Program-made: the position numbers and the translations under genes
The notes under the pieces: model-generated
The model's input: only the letters and a program-made list of their open reading frames with translations
What the model was told of the DNA's origin: nothing
The model's database searches: none
Shown here: positions 48,975 through 59,475 of the stretch, piece after piece
How positions within the stretch are numbered: position 1 is the stretch's first letter
Layout of the letters: each line of letters starts with the position of its first letter
Origin: an uncultured Candidatus Binatia bacterium
GTDB lineage: Bacteria; Desulfobacterota; Binatia; UBA9968; CAXXLF01
Direction: 5' to 3'
Length of the DNA stretch: 64,000 nt
Assembly (NCBI GenBank): GCA_965218425.1
Contig: OZ244621.1
Location: forward strand, 3,200,001 to 3,264,000

Positions 48975-50171
48975 CTATGATTCAAGATCCGGGCGCCCCC
49001 CCCGGCGGCTTCGGCTAAATATGCCAAAGAGTAATAGCCCTGAGGTTACCACTCCCGCAGCCACGCCGTACATGGCAGAGAAGTTTTTGCCCACTAGGTC
49101 CAAGAAGTTCCCCAAGGCCACTGCGCCCAGAGCGTTTCCCAGATCATGAAAGGTTTGGAACTGGGCCATGGAGAGACCCCGTCGCTGGGCGGGTACCAGG
49201 TCGATGGCCAGCGCCATGAGGGGAGGGTGTGCAAGAGCAAGGCCCAGTCCAGTGACGGCTCCCGCGGAAAACAGGACGGCTGCAGAGGGGGCCTTTGCAA
49301 TAAGAATGAGGCCAAGAATCTGAAGCACAAAACCGGGGAGGATAATGGCACGACGGTTGATTCGGTCGGATAGGGGACCCACGATGGGCCGGCTGATCAT
49401 GACGGAAACCGACTCCACCACGAAAAAATAAGCGGGATTGCCGAAATCCTGCTGCAGGATGTAAAGAGGTATGAAAGTCGCGGTGCCGGAGTGACCGAAA
49501 GCGATAAAGGCCATTGCCACCGCGGGCAGGAGTGACTCCCGCACCACGAAAAGCTCCCACCAGGTCATGAGAGGTCCTTCTGTGGCTTTGAGTCTTTGGG
49601 ATTCCTTGATGGGGAGGGAAAAGAGTAAACCCACAAGGACCACTCCGAATACCGTCAAGAACATTCCGTGAAAGCCGAGGTGCTGATATGCGGCAAAACC
49701 TGCGATGGGACCCAGGGCTGCGCCAAGATTACTGGCCAGACCAGCGTATGAAATGATGGTTCCCCGTTTGTTGCTTGGCGCGATATCGGCGGCCAAGGTG
49801 GCAACGGCTGTGGTGCCACAGGACCACCCCAGCCCTTGAGTGGTCCGAAACACAACGAGAGTCATGATAGTGGGGGCCCAGGCATAGCCCAGGGTCGTTA
49901 GGCCGAATATGCCCAGGCCCAGTAGCAAAAACACTTTTCGTCCTGAGCGATCCATCAGCATGCCGATGAAGGGACGACTCACTGTTGCCATAATCGTAAA
50001 AGAAGACATGACAAAGCCAATGAGCGTTCCTGATGCTCCAAGACTCGACAGGTATACGGGGAAGACCGGTTGTACCTGGCGATGGGAGAAGAACATGCAG
50101 AATCGCGAGATGGAGAGGAGGACGAAATCCCGCAACCATGTAGGATGTTTTGGCTCTTCTGATTCTACCAT
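48975..50171 (-). CDS. MFS transporter
   Basis: RPFIGMLMDRSGRK motif A; ~12 TM helices; overlaps the pcp stop (TGATG). Confidence 0.88.
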   Translation of the reverse strand: MVESEEPKHPTWLRDFVLLSISRFCMFFSHRQVQPVFPVYLSSLGASGTLIGFVMSSFTIMATVSRPFIGMLMDRSGRKVFLLLGLGIFGLTTLGYAWAPTIMTLVVFRTTQGLGWSCGTTAVATLAADIAPSNKRGTIISYAGLASNLGAALGPIAGFAAYQHLGFHGMFLTVFGVVLVGLLFSLPIKESQRLKATEGPLMTWWELFVVRESLLPAVAMAFIAFGHSGTATFIPLYILQQDFGNPAYFFVVESVSVMISRPIVGPLSDRINRRAIILPGFVLQILGLILIAKAPSAAVLFSAGAVTGLGLALAHPPLMALAIDLVPAQRRGLSMAQFQTFHDLGNALGAVALGNFLDLVGKNFSAMYGVAAGVVTSGLLLFGIFSRSRRGGRPDLES

Positions 50172-50719
50172 CAGGTTTGATTCCTGGTGAGCCGTTTATT
50201 CTGAGTAAGCTCAATGGTTTTGCCAATAACTTTCCGCAAAAATCGAATCGCCTTCCTGCAATCATAGTGGTGAGGGACGTGGATAAATCCGAATGGAACA
50301 TCCAAATGGCGTCCCTTGAGGTAATCTAATATGACGTACATAGAATAATTGCAGACATAATCGCCCGCGTCTTTCGAAAATTTGGTTTCCCTGCCTGGAG
50401 CCAATTTGAGGTTGGTTGAAAGCGTTCGCTTTCCCGCCGTTTTTATGGGCATGGATTTAGTTCTCGTATCATGCCGCCTCCTGTTGACCGCCTTGGTCTC
50501 AATCCTCAAGCGCCAGCCTCCATTGCACTGTCCCAACCCCAAAATCACGTCCGGATTCGTTTCCTTGACGACTTTGATAAACTGTCCATGGTGAAATCTA
50601 ACTGGGAAAACAACTTTTTTGACCCCTTTGTGCCTTGGGAGTCGCCGTAACACCCGCTCAGTGATGTTTTGGTGAAATTCTTGATACGGGCCAAAGCCGT
50701 AGATGAGAAGACGCATCAC
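50171..50719 (-). CDS. pcp: Pyroglutamyl-peptidase I (peptidase C15)
   Basis: GFGPY..N, LGLG, RIETKAVN, DAGDYVCN, FIHVP (Glu-Cys-His triad). Confidence 0.85.
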   Translation of the reverse strand: MMRLLIYGFGPYQEFHQNITERVLRRLPRHKGVKKVVFPVRFHHGQFIKVVKETNPDVILGLGQCNGGWRLRIETKAVNRRRHDTRTKSMPIKTAGKRTLSTNLKLAPGRETKFSKDAGDYVCNYSMYVILDYLKGRHLDVPFGFIHVPHHYDCRKAIRFLRKVIGKTIELTQNKRLTRNQT

Positions 50720-50755
50720 AATCGATGGAGATTCCAGAGCAATGGACTATGACAC

Positions 50756-51817
50756 CTAGGGTGATGCAGAGGAGTCTGTTGCCAGCAGGGGCATCACCTT
50801 TGTGGCGAACAATTCGATTGAGTGACTCACCTGGCCATGGCTCAAGCCGCCAAAACTGAACATTCCCACCAAGCTGTCAGGATGTGCGGCTTGGATCACC
50901 GCCCGGGCGTTTAGGGCCACGGTTTCCGGGCTACCGATGAGTGAGGTCTGCCACTCTCGCATCCGCTCCAAGGTTAGCCCTCCCTGGAAATAGGCAAAGC
51001 GCTTGGTAAATTGAGGAAGATCTCGAGTAGTGACCGGTTCCAGGCGCCAGACGTTGTCACTGGCCAGTTGCCAAAAGCGGGCGATCTCCGGGCCGGCTTC
51101 TGACCACGCCTGTTCGTCAGAATCGGTTACGTAGATATCCCGTACCAAGATCGCGTCGCCACCGTTGGATGAGTCCCCGAGGGCTACTCGTTCCGCCCGA
51201 TAAGATTTGATGGCCTGAGCGCAGTTGGCAAGGGGTTGACGCGAGACGGCTAGATTCCAGCCCCGGCCCGCCACCTTCGCCGGGCTATCAGGAGAGGTGG
51301 CGCCGTAGTAGATGGGTGGATGAGGTCGTTGGATCGGCGGTGGGCGGCACGAAATTTCATCATAGCTCCATGCCGTACCCGCGTAGCTGAAGGTGTTTTC
51401 GGTCCAGGCCTTAATCAGAATTTCGACTCCCTCTTCGAAACGGGCCTGAGCCGTATCACGATCGAGTCTGTGTTTGAGATCATCGCGTGGTACCCCTCGA
51501 CCCAGACCCACGTTCAATCGTCCACCGGTGAGTATATCCAAGATTGCACACTCTTGCGCCAGACGCATGGGATCGTGGAGAGGAAGAGCATTGACCAAGT
51601 TGCCGAAGCGGAGTTTTTTAGTACGGTCGGCAAGGGCGGCGATGATGAGATTGGGGGATGCCAACATTCCGTAGTCCGAGTGATGATGCTCGGCAAACCA
51701 GGCCTCGTCGAAACCGAGCCTTTCGGTTAGTTGGATCTGCTCCAACAGTTCTTCGAAGGCCTGGCGCTCCGGCACCCATGGTCGGGCCTGATTATAGCTG
51801 AAAGTTCCAAACCGCAT
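50756..51817 (-). CDS. LLM class flavin-dependent oxidoreductase
   Basis: LGFDEAWFAEHH, PLHDPMRLA, GRLNVGLGRG, QRPHPP, LFATKVMP. Confidence 0.93.
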   Translation of the reverse strand: MRFGTFSYNQARPWVPERQAFEELLEQIQLTERLGFDEAWFAEHHHSDYGMLASPNLIIAALADRTKKLRFGNLVNALPLHDPMRLAQECAILDILTGGRLNVGLGRGVPRDDLKHRLDRDTAQARFEEGVEILIKAWTENTFSYAGTAWSYDEISCRPPPIQRPHPPIYYGATSPDSPAKVAGRGWNLAVSRQPLANCAQAIKSYRAERVALGDSSNGGDAILVRDIYVTDSDEQAWSEAGPEIARFWQLASDNVWRLEPVTTRDLPQFTKRFAYFQGGLTLERMREWQTSLIGSPETVALNARAVIQAAHPDSLVGMFSFGGLSHGQVSHSIELFATKVMPLLATDSSASP

Positions 51818-52001
51818 GAGATAACCTCCCCAATGATTTCTCAGGCACGGCCGCATTTAACTCATTTTTCAGGGTTCTCAACAACCAATACTAATTTGCC
51901 AAGGTCACGGCAAACACTGAAATAGCAAAGAGCAAGGCGCAAAGCGTATTCCAAACTACTGGCCTTTGCTTCCTGCTATCATTTCCCGCGATCTTCTATC
52001 C

Positions 52002-52281
52002 TCAATCTTCCATTGAATTCCTTTTGATCTCGCTAAAGAGATATTCGAAAAACCCTTCGGTTTTGATGAGACCACCTCGAGAAAACTCGGCCGAAAAGGC
52101 CGTGACCCATTTCAATAGGTCAGATCGCTTCTCGATTACGTCGCGCCAGGTGTCGTCTTTTAGAATCAAATGGTTCTCAAGTCGTTCTTTGATCCTCTTG
52201 CCGGGAATGCCGGAGGCGTAAATGGCTCCCACCAGTGCCCCCATGCTGCTCCCGGCGACAATGCTAGGTTGGATGCCGAAT
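52002..52281 (-). pseudogene. Internal fragment of a patatin-like phospholipase
   Basis: GIQPSIVAGSSMGALVGAIYASG (GxSxG); no N-terminal GGG and no C-terminal DGG. Confidence 0.75.
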
Positions 52282-52668
52282 TGCGTGGCATTTCCAGGAG
52301 AGCTTCTAGAGTGTATTTCATTTTGCCTCCTTAACTAATTCGATATCCAAGGTTCACCTCCTCTTCTCCTCCCGGGTTGCCGCAAACTCGATAGGATAGA
52401 GACAAGTCTAGTGTTGCAATTGAGTAACGACAAGTCCGGAATTCGGGATGGGAGATGCCACCGAGGCGGCTAAAAGCACGACTCGCTTAGGCCGCCGGTG
52501 GCAGCGTCTTTAACTGCTTTGCCATGAGAGTCTTCATTATCTCCATGGCGAGGTGTTTCTCAGGTCCGGGTTTCGAACCTATGGATGGTTTCCTAAGGGT
52601 CAAAGGACCTGGGGGCGGACCCGCGGTCTCCGCGTGGAAAACACTCGGTTAACGGTCTTTGGCCGAAT

Positions 52669-53820
52669 CTATTGGTAAACCGATTCGGGCATACTAAATT
52701 CAGCCCCTTCTTTCGCTAGGGCTGAGAGAAAATCCTTTCGGATTTGAGGGTCTTCGTCTCGGTACTCAATGGTATTGCCGCCTTGGGATTGGTCGAGATT
52801 CCAGGTGTGCTCATCACCCGGAGCCCCTAATACTGGCCTGGGCCATCCCCCGAGAAAGGCAAGAACTCGGAAATTCCCCTTGTCGGTGCCAAAGTGGGCA
52901 TGGTACCAGTTATCGCCGCCTGGGGCTGCGCTGACGAGCCCCCCAGCTGTATAGTCTTGTCTTTTAACGAGGTGCCCTTTGCCGTTTTCCCACGGGCGGA
53001 TGCCGATGGAGGTCGGCCAGGTGATGGAGTATCCCTTTCCTTTTAGGCAGACAACCACTGGTCCCGATGGGTGGTAGTGGGCCTTGGAGTATCGACCGGG
53101 AGGGTACTCGGCCAGGAAACCATGAAAGGTGTTCCCGGAGAGACTCCAGCCAAAATGACGGTGACCTGCTCCCCGTTGGTTTTCCAAGGGCACTTCGCAG
53201 TTCAAAGTATCAGGAATGAGATTGCTGGGATTCAGGTATCGACCGGATAACGGGTTGGTGGCCAGCTGTTCAGCGGGTTTGAAGTAGTCGCTGTTGGCTT
53301 GGTAGCGGTCTTCAAACTCGTAGGGATTGTCGAAGATAAACCGGCGGCTCCGATAGAGGGCCATAATAGGAGGGGCGTTCGTTGCTGCCAACAATAACGC
53401 CGGACTCGATGCCGCATTCACCAAACGGTGGGCGGTATTCATTGGGGGGGCGAAAAGACTACCCTGCTGCCATTCGAATACCTGTTTCCTGTGAGGGTTA
53501 CTGTCGCTCCAGATTTCGGTGGTGCCCCGGCCTTCCACAACGTAAAAATTCTCCTCGTACATGTGTTTTTCGGGATTGAGAGCCCCGCCTGGCGGTATCT
53601 CCAAGATGAAAAGCCCCGACTTGCCCCCGACTCCGTTGAGTTCGAGATAGGCACCGCTGCCACCCGTACGTTTCCAGGGACCCAGGGTTACGTCTCTCAC
53701 GTCATATACCCCCAAACCGCGGACAATGGGGATCCCTTCCTCCTCGATGAAGGTCTCGTATACCGTGGGGGGACGGCTCCAGCGAAATTTACCGACTACC
53801 TCTAGATTTTCGTCAGTCAT
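52669..53820 (-). CDS. Bicupin-type cupin domain protein
   Basis: EIPPGGALNPEKHMYEE..GRG, YSKAHYH..G.GYS, WYHAHF. Confidence 0.85.
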   Translation of the reverse strand: MTDENLEVVGKFRWSRPPTVYETFIEEEGIPIVRGLGVYDVRDVTLGPWKRTGGSGAYLELNGVGGKSGLFILEIPPGGALNPEKHMYEENFYVVEGRGTTEIWSDSNPHRKQVFEWQQGSLFAPPMNTAHRLVNAASSPALLLAATNAPPIMALYRSRRFIFDNPYEFEDRYQANSDYFKPAEQLATNPLSGRYLNPSNLIPDTLNCEVPLENQRGAGHRHFGWSLSGNTFHGFLAEYPPGRYSKAHYHPSGPVVVCLKGKGYSITWPTSIGIRPWENGKGHLVKRQDYTAGGLVSAAPGGDNWYHAHFGTDKGNFRVLAFLGGWPRPVLGAPGDEHTWNLDQSQGGNTIEYRDEDPQIRKDFLSALAKEGAEFSMPESVYQ

Positions 53821-54068
53821 TTATTTCCCTCCAATTTGATTTGCGATTTAAGCATTAAGTTGCGGACCCATTGTGGACCCCAATCAGGGGATTCCCGGCG
53901 CCGCAAAAATCAAAAAAACCGACGTGACATTTATACCTATTGGCGGGAAAAGATCAATGGGCGGTTTTGAGGACTAAATGACCCGGTTGAATGCGGGTAG
54001 GTTCACCGGGGAGGGGTGTCCAAAGTGCCCGGATTCTCACGGAGTGAGCTTTTAGGCGCTGCATTCTC

Positions 54069-54473
54069 TCACTTCTGAAGCGGCATTGTATAGCGGACCG
54101 CACTGCCCTCAAGAACCACGGTGTTATCGACACCAATGACGCGCGTCTTGAGTTCCGTAATGGGCTTGTGGGTGCGGACCTTGGTCACCTCCACCTCGCC
54201 AGTAATGGTATCGCCGGGTCGGACCGGGGCCTTGAAACCCCAGTTGACCTGCAGGAACACTGTGCCCGGGCCGGGCAAGTTTTCGGCCACCACTGCGTTC
54301 ATGATCGCGCTGGTGACACCGCCCTGAACCACGATGCCGCCGAAACGAGTCGCCGCTGCGACTTTTTCGTCATAGTGAATGGGATTACGGTCGCCGCTTA
54401 TATCAGTAAACAGTTCGATATCGTGCGCCGTTACCTCTCTCGACCACTGCGCTTTTTAGCCAACTTCCGGCAT
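54069..54473 (-). pseudogene. MaoC/PhaJ-like hydratase with one in-frame TAA (54456-54458)
   Basis: MPEVG*KAQWSREVTAHDIELFTDISGDRNPIH...LPGPG...FKAPVRPGD. Confidence 0.85.
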
Positions 54474-54611
54474 AGCGTTCGGCTACACCTCGTTCTTTTT
54501 TGCCATGCCTACTTTTCTTTGAGGACGATCCCAGGTCCCACCTTTGATGCCAATTTCATGCCGGTTAAACGTTCCTTTTTGGTATCCACAATAGTAGTTT
54601 AAACCCAGCAT

Positions 54612-55115
54612 TCAAAATTCGGCTGCAAGACGCTTGATCCCCTCTGCGGTGACACGATGGACCGTCCATTCCTTCATGGGAGAAGCGCCAAGGGATCTGT
54701 AGAATTTCCACGCGGGCTCATTCCAGTCGAGCACCGACCATTCTAGCCGGCCACATTGGCGTTGCTTGGCTAGATTTGCCACGTAGGCAAGCATGACTTT
54801 CCCAAAGCCTCTCCTGCGCATCTCAGGCTTGACGAACAAATCCTCGAGGTAGATGCCGGCTCGGCCAAGAAATGTGGAATAGTTGTGAAAAAACAACGCA
54901 AAACTCACGGGTTCCCCCTTAAAATCTCCGAGGATCACTTCCGCCACAGGTCGCGAACCGAACAGCGAGTCACGTAGTGCCTCTTCCGTGGCCACCACTT
55001 CATGTGAAAGCTTTTCGTACTCTGCCAGTCCTTTGATCAACGACAAAACTACAGGTGCATCCTCCACCGTCGCTGGTCTAATCGTGAAATCCTTTATTCT
55101 TGTAGAAACTTTCAT
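54612..55115 (-). CDS. GNAT N-acetyltransferase (spermidine/spermine acetyltransferase-like)
   Basis: LAEYEKL, YSTFLG..GIYLEDLFV, RRRGFG, WSVLDWN. Confidence 0.92.
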   Translation of the reverse strand: MKVSTRIKDFTIRPATVEDAPVVLSLIKGLAEYEKLSHEVVATEEALRDSLFGSRPVAEVILGDFKGEPVSFALFFHNYSTFLGRAGIYLEDLFVKPEMRRRGFGKVMLAYVANLAKQRQCGRLEWSVLDWNEPAWKFYRSLGASPMKEWTVHRVTAEGIKRLAAEF

Positions 55116-55168
55116 TCATGTTCTCCATATTTGACGGTTCTCAGGTTTAATATAGGTCAAAAGCAAAA

Positions 55169-55599
55169 CTAAATGTCCTTGAGAAACACATGCTGTGTTT
55201 TCACAATTTTGTAGCCTTTTCTCTCGTAGAAGGGGCGAGCCTCCGTTCGCTTCATATTCGAATGAACGCACATAGTTGAAAGGTCCCGTTCATTAGCCCA
55301 ATTCTCACAGGCCGCAAGGAGGGCTTTTCCTAACCCCTGTCCTCGAGAATCAGCATCGACGACTAATCCGCCGATCTCCGCGTATGCGCGTCTGACTCCA
55401 CCAGCCGCACAACGTAAACGTGTATCCACCCCGCGACCCGTCCTTGCTCAGTTTCTCTCACAAAGGCAGCAAAGTCTGCTTCCTGTGTCATGGCGCCGAG
55501 ACGCTTTTTAATATCCGAAGCGGAAGAAGGATATCCCAACTGGTTCGATAGCAAAGCCACCTGCGTTGCATCGCTTTGAGTCATTTCACGCACTTTCAT
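55169..55599 (-). pseudogene. GNAT acetyltransferase split by a frameshift near 55385
   Basis: MKVREM..QLGYP...GWIHV in one frame; AEIGGLVVD..RGQGLG...FYERKGY in another. Confidence 0.82.
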
Positions 55600-55640
55600 C
55601 TCGGACCCTCCTGACCTGCCCCCAGGAGTGGTACCACCCT

Positions 55641-56537
55641 TTAAGTTAGAGCCGGAATTATCTGGAGTCCAGCCCATGGGGATGAATTCCCAGCCTGCGC
55701 TCTGGGCAGAAAGGCCTCCGGTGCCGGAGAACGATAGCCCAGGGCGCTGTGAGGCCGCCGCTGGTTATACTCTCTTCTCCATCTTTCGATCAGCACCTGA
55801 GCTTCCCTCAGGGTTTCAAACACCTCCCGGTTGAGCAGCTCATCCCTGAGTTTTCCGTTAAAACTCTCCACGTAGCCATTCTCCCAAGGACTGCCAGGCT
55901 CGATGTAGAGTGTCCTGACACCAATGGCCTTGAGCCAGTCCCGGATAGCCTGAGCCGTAAACTCGGGGCCATTGTCGGACCGAAGGGACTGCGGCACGCC
56001 CCGTTCCACGAATAGCTCCGCTAACCGTTCCAGCACATCCCGGTGATTCATCCGTCTGGCCACATCAATCGCCAAGCACTCCCGGGTGTATTCATCCAGG
56101 ATGCTCAACAGCCGAAAGGCCCGACCGTCTTCGGTTCGCTCGTGCACGAAGTCATAACTCCACACATGGTTTCGATGCGCCGGTCTCAGGCGAATGCAGG
56201 AGCCATCAGTCAACCGGAGCCTCCCTCGCTTAGGCTGACGGCTGAGGACTTTCAGCCCTTCCTGCCTCCAGAGCCTCTCCACTCGCTTGTGGTTGACCTT
56301 CCACCCCTCCCCACGCAGCATGGCCGTAATCCTCCGGTAGCCGTATCGCCCGTATTCGCTGGCCAGCTCCATCATCCGAGCCACTAGTCTTGCTTCCTCT
56401 TCCGGGATCTCTCGGACTCTTCGTTGCGTCGATCGCGGCTGTCCCAACACTTGGCAAGCCCGGCGTTCGCAGACTCGATCAGGTCCCAATCTTTCTCTGG
56501 CCCATATCACCGCTCGTCTCCTCTTCGCCGGGCCTAG
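55641..56537 (-). CDS. IS3 transposase OrfB (DDE), probably translated by frameshift
   Basis: [44 protein letters not shown]. Confidence 0.93.
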   Translation of the reverse strand, partial: LGPAKRRRAVIWARERLGPDRVCERRACQVLGQPRSTQRRVREIPEEEARLVARMMELASEYGRYGYRRITAMLRGEGWKVNHKRVERLWRQEGLKVLSRQPKRGRLRLTDGSCIRLRPAHRNHVWSYDFVHERTEDGRAFRLLSILDEYTRECLAIDVARRMNHRDVLERLAELFVERGVPQSLRSDNGPEFTAQAIRDWLKAIGVRTLYIEPGSPWENGYVESFNGKLRDELLNREVFETLREAQVLIERWRREYNQRRPHSALGYRSPAPEAFLPRAQAGNSSPWAGLQIIPALT

Positions 56538-56812
56538 AAGTTTCCCGAGGACACTTCCTTCAGGATCTGGTTGTCCAGCGATAGATCCGCCACCAGCTTC
56601 TTCAACCGCGCATTCTCCTTGTCCAAGGCCTTGAGCCTCTTGGCCTGATCCATCTTCAGGCCTCCATATTCCTTCCTCCACCGGTAGTAGGTCTGCACGG
56701 TTACCCCCACCTGCTTGCACACCTGGCCCACCGCCTTCCCTTGGGCCAAGCTCACCTCCGCCTCACGCAGCTTGAGGATAATCTGCTCGGCCGTAAATCG
56801 CTTTCTTGCCAT
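56534..56812 (-). CDS. IS3 transposase OrfA (HTH)
   Basis: [32 protein letters not shown]. Confidence 0.93.
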   Translation of the reverse strand: MARKRFTAEQIILKLREAEVSLAQGKAVGQVCKQVGVTVQTYYRWRKEYGGLKMDQAKRLKALDKENARLKKLVADLSLDNQILKEVSSGNF

Positions 56813-56984
56813 CCTTGCCTCCTTCCTAAAATCAAAATCCCTAACATTTCACCTGGACTCGTTTTAGGGGGCAAGGTCACTCCTGATTGCTGGGGACAGT
56901 ATACTTCATTGCACTCCCTAGCAATTGAACTGGTTCTGCATGCGCGGCTGATCCAGTAAATTGTTTTCTACTGTCCTCATGAAA

Positions 56985-57220
56985 TTAACGGTGCGGGTGT
57001 AGGTGCTGCTCTCGGTGTTGGCGTAACAGGTCCTTGCCGTAATCGTTGCCGTTTGGCGTTCTCACGATGGTGTGTATGTGGTGGCGCGACGGTTTGTCGT
57101 TGTCCAGCACAATGCCGTTCTGGTGGTCAAATTCGATAAGGGCTACCGGGCTATGGATTCGGTAGTAGAACACGCTGTCCTCGGCAAACCCGCCCATCCA
57201 TGCGAAGTAGGTCTCTCCAA
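56985..57220 (-). pseudogene. DUF3500 protein C-terminal fragment
   Basis: TYFAWMG...[15 protein letters not shown]...[15 protein letters not shown]. Confidence 0.8.
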
Positions 57221-57235
57221 GACGTTGCCGCCTCT

Positions 57236-57370
57236 TTCTTCGGTTGAGTCTTCTTTGTCAACGGTGAGCCGTAGTGGAAGCCCTAGATATCTGACGCCGC
57301 ATTGCTGCAGCATGGAGGCCTCGGCTTCGTCCATGACTCCAGCGATTTGAATCAGGTTGTGATCAAGCAT
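57236..57370 (-). pseudogene. N-terminal fragment of a TrpF-like (PRA isomerase family) protein
   Basis: IQIAGVMDEAEASML..CGVRYLG.PLRL...EDSTEE; start overlaps the upstream stop. Confidence 0.5.
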
Positions 57371-58079
57371 GGGGCTCTGCGTCAAGAATTTCCTGCAGTT
57401 GGCCGGTGGAACCGTAGGCTTCACGGAAAATCGCGAGGGCTCCAATGCCAAGTTCATCTTGGGGCGTCCATACACAATCTTCCAGGATCATAGTTTTGAA
57501 TTGATGAATCGAAGCGCTTTTCGCAGTAGCAAAGACACACACATGGGTCTCCACTCCTACTATGATAACGGTCTGTACATCCTTCGTCTGTAAGAATTGC
57601 AGCAACTCCGTTTGGAAAAAACCATCAAAGGTGTGTTTTTCGATTACTTTTTCACTCGGGTGGGCGAGTTTGATATCTGCTAGCTGGGAAATAGGGTCAA
57701 TGAAGGCTGCACCCCAGCTATGGGGTCTACAGGGGTGATGTTCGCGAAGGGGCTCTCGCGTTAGAAAAGGAGGTAGGACATCGAATTGGCGGCTGTAGAC
57801 CGCTTGCAGATAGGCGACGGGTCCTTGCTTCATCCTAGCGTGTTTAATGACGGAGCAGACGTTGGCTACGATAAGTGCCAGAGACGTGGTTCGATAACTA
57901 AAGGTCGCCGGGGGAGCCACGCTTGGTTGACCCATCACACGGTTTCTGAAATCCATTGAGATTTTTCCGGTGCCAACCTGTTTGTCTAGGTCATCCCTTC
58001 GGGCGTAGTATCCACCCGTGGCCAGGAAATCATTTTGCATATCCACGACGATGAGACCCCAATCTTCGAGCCTATTCAC
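57363..58079 (-). CDS. Isochorismatase / cysteine hydrolase
   Basis: LIVVDMQNDF, K.TFDGF, GVETHVCV. Confidence 0.88.
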   Translation of the reverse strand: MNRLEDWGLIVVDMQNDFLATGGYYARRDDLDKQVGTGKISMDFRNRVMGQPSVAPPATFSYRTTSLALIVANVCSVIKHARMKQGPVAYLQAVYSRQFDVLPPFLTREPLREHHPCRPHSWGAAFIDPISQLADIKLAHPSEKVIEKHTFDGFFQTELLQFLQTKDVQTVIIVGVETHVCVFATAKSASIHQFKTMILEDCVWTPQDELGIGALAIFREAYGSTGQLQEILDAEPHA

Positions 58080-58262
58080 GTTAGCATCTCCATCTACTTA
58101 ATTGCCCCGACCATAAACATTTCTTCCGCCCAATCGCCTCACTTACACACTACACTGCTCTTGACCCCACCCGCAATAAGTGCAATACCGCTAGGCGAGG
58201 ACTGGAATAGGAAGGAAAAATTCTCAACCTCTTGTTCTCGGAATCTGATCGGGAGGAGAAAC

Positions 58263-59396
58263 ATGCAGCAGCAACGACGTACGGCAGCCATTAAGAACTA
58301 CTATGAAAATTGGATGATGGAAGAGGGGGTGCCCATCCATGAGGCCGTGGCCGGACTCGACGATGTCACCGAGCTGCCTCGAAAACCCTGGTCCCGCACG
58401 GGTGGTCTGGGAACCTTCATCCATATGCTGGGCCCCAAACAGGCGGAACGTGGCATCTACGTGGGGGAGATCCCGGGAGGGAAATCCCTGAATCCGGAAA
58501 AACACCTCTACCAGGAGGTTATTATCGTCCTAAAGGGACTAGGCAGCACCGAGATCTGGCAGGAAGGCATGGCAAAACAAAGCTTCGAATGGGGCGAAGG
58601 AAGCGTCTTTGCGCCTCCGCTCAATTGCTGGCACCGGCTCATCAGCGGCTCGCGGGAGCCCGCGCTGTTTCTTGCCGTGACCACCGCTCCCAAGGCCTTT
58701 AATCTTTTTTGCGGTGAGGAAGGTATCTATAACAGCGACCAACGCTTTTCCAATCACTTCAATGGGGAGACCGATTACTTTAAAGAGACCCAGAGGCGGG
58801 AGACGGTGGGAAGTTATTCAGAATCCATCTGGTATACTAATTTTATCGCAAACGCGAACACTGTCTTACTCGAGGATTTAGAGCAGAAGGTGGCTGGCGG
58901 ACAGCTGACGGGTTACAGGATGGCAGGGGGATTTCCTAGCGGACATGTTTCCGAATGGCCTTCCGGCAGGTATCACAAGGCCCATTTTCACGGTCCCGGG
59001 GCCATTCTGGTAGGCCTGGAAGGCCAGGGCTATGTTCTCGTATGGCCGTCAACGCTGGGGGTTCACCCCTACAAGGACGGTCACGGAGACAGGGTGCTAA
59101 AGGTCAATTGGGGGCCGCGCAGTATCTATAGCCCACCAGACGCGTGGTTTCATCAGCACTTTAACGTGGACAAAGGACCCGCGAGGCACCTAGCGGTCTA
59201 CAGTGGTACGGAGTCAACCGCTCCGGGTTACCAATACAGCTTTGGCGACGACTTCAGCGGTATGGTCAGCTTCAAAGACGGGGGCACCCTCATCGATTAC
59301 GAAGAAGAGGACCCGCAGGTGCGAAAAGATTTTGAGAAAACGATCGCCGAAAAAGGAATTAAACTCCAGATGCCGCCGGTTACCTATCGCCAATAG
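58263..59396 (+). CDS. Bicupin-type cupin domain protein, paralog of the 52669 gene
   Basis: EIPGGKSLNPEKHLYQE, YHKAHFHGPGA, WFHQHFN; GGAG RBS. Confidence 0.85.
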   Translation: MQQQRRTAAIKNYYENWMMEEGVPIHEAVAGLDDVTELPRKPWSRTGGLGTFIHMLGPKQAERGIYVGEIPGGKSLNPEKHLYQEVIIVLKGLGSTEIWQEGMAKQSFEWGEGSVFAPPLNCWHRLISGSREPALFLAVTTAPKAFNLFCGEEGIYNSDQRFSNHFNGETDYFKETQRRETVGSYSESIWYTNFIANANTVLLEDLEQKVAGGQLTGYRMAGGFPSGHVSEWPSGRYHKAHFHGPGAILVGLEGQGYVLVWPSTLGVHPYKDGHGDRVLKVNWGPRSIYSPPDAWFHQHFNVDKGPARHLAVYSGTESTAPGYQYSFGDDFSGMVSFKDGGTLIDYEEEDPQVRKDFEKTIAEKGIKLQMPPVTYRQ

Positions 59397-59475
59397 GGGT
59401 TTCCCCCGATTCTCGTCTTGAAGCGTGCGTCATGGATCAGTTCACGGCATGAGGCTTTCGGGCGGCGGGTTTGCA

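Larger units (their letters stand above)
55612..56879 (-). mobile_element. IS3-family (IS407-group-like) insertion sequence, apparently intact
   Basis: TG...CA ends with IRs TGACCTGCCCCC / TGACCTTGCCCCC; 4-bp target duplication CTCC (55608-11, 56880-83); 1268 bp. Confidence 0.95.

Noticed and set aside
58035..58262. N-terminal extension of the cupin ORF
   Set aside because: Overlaps the divergent gene; the RBS supports ATG 58263
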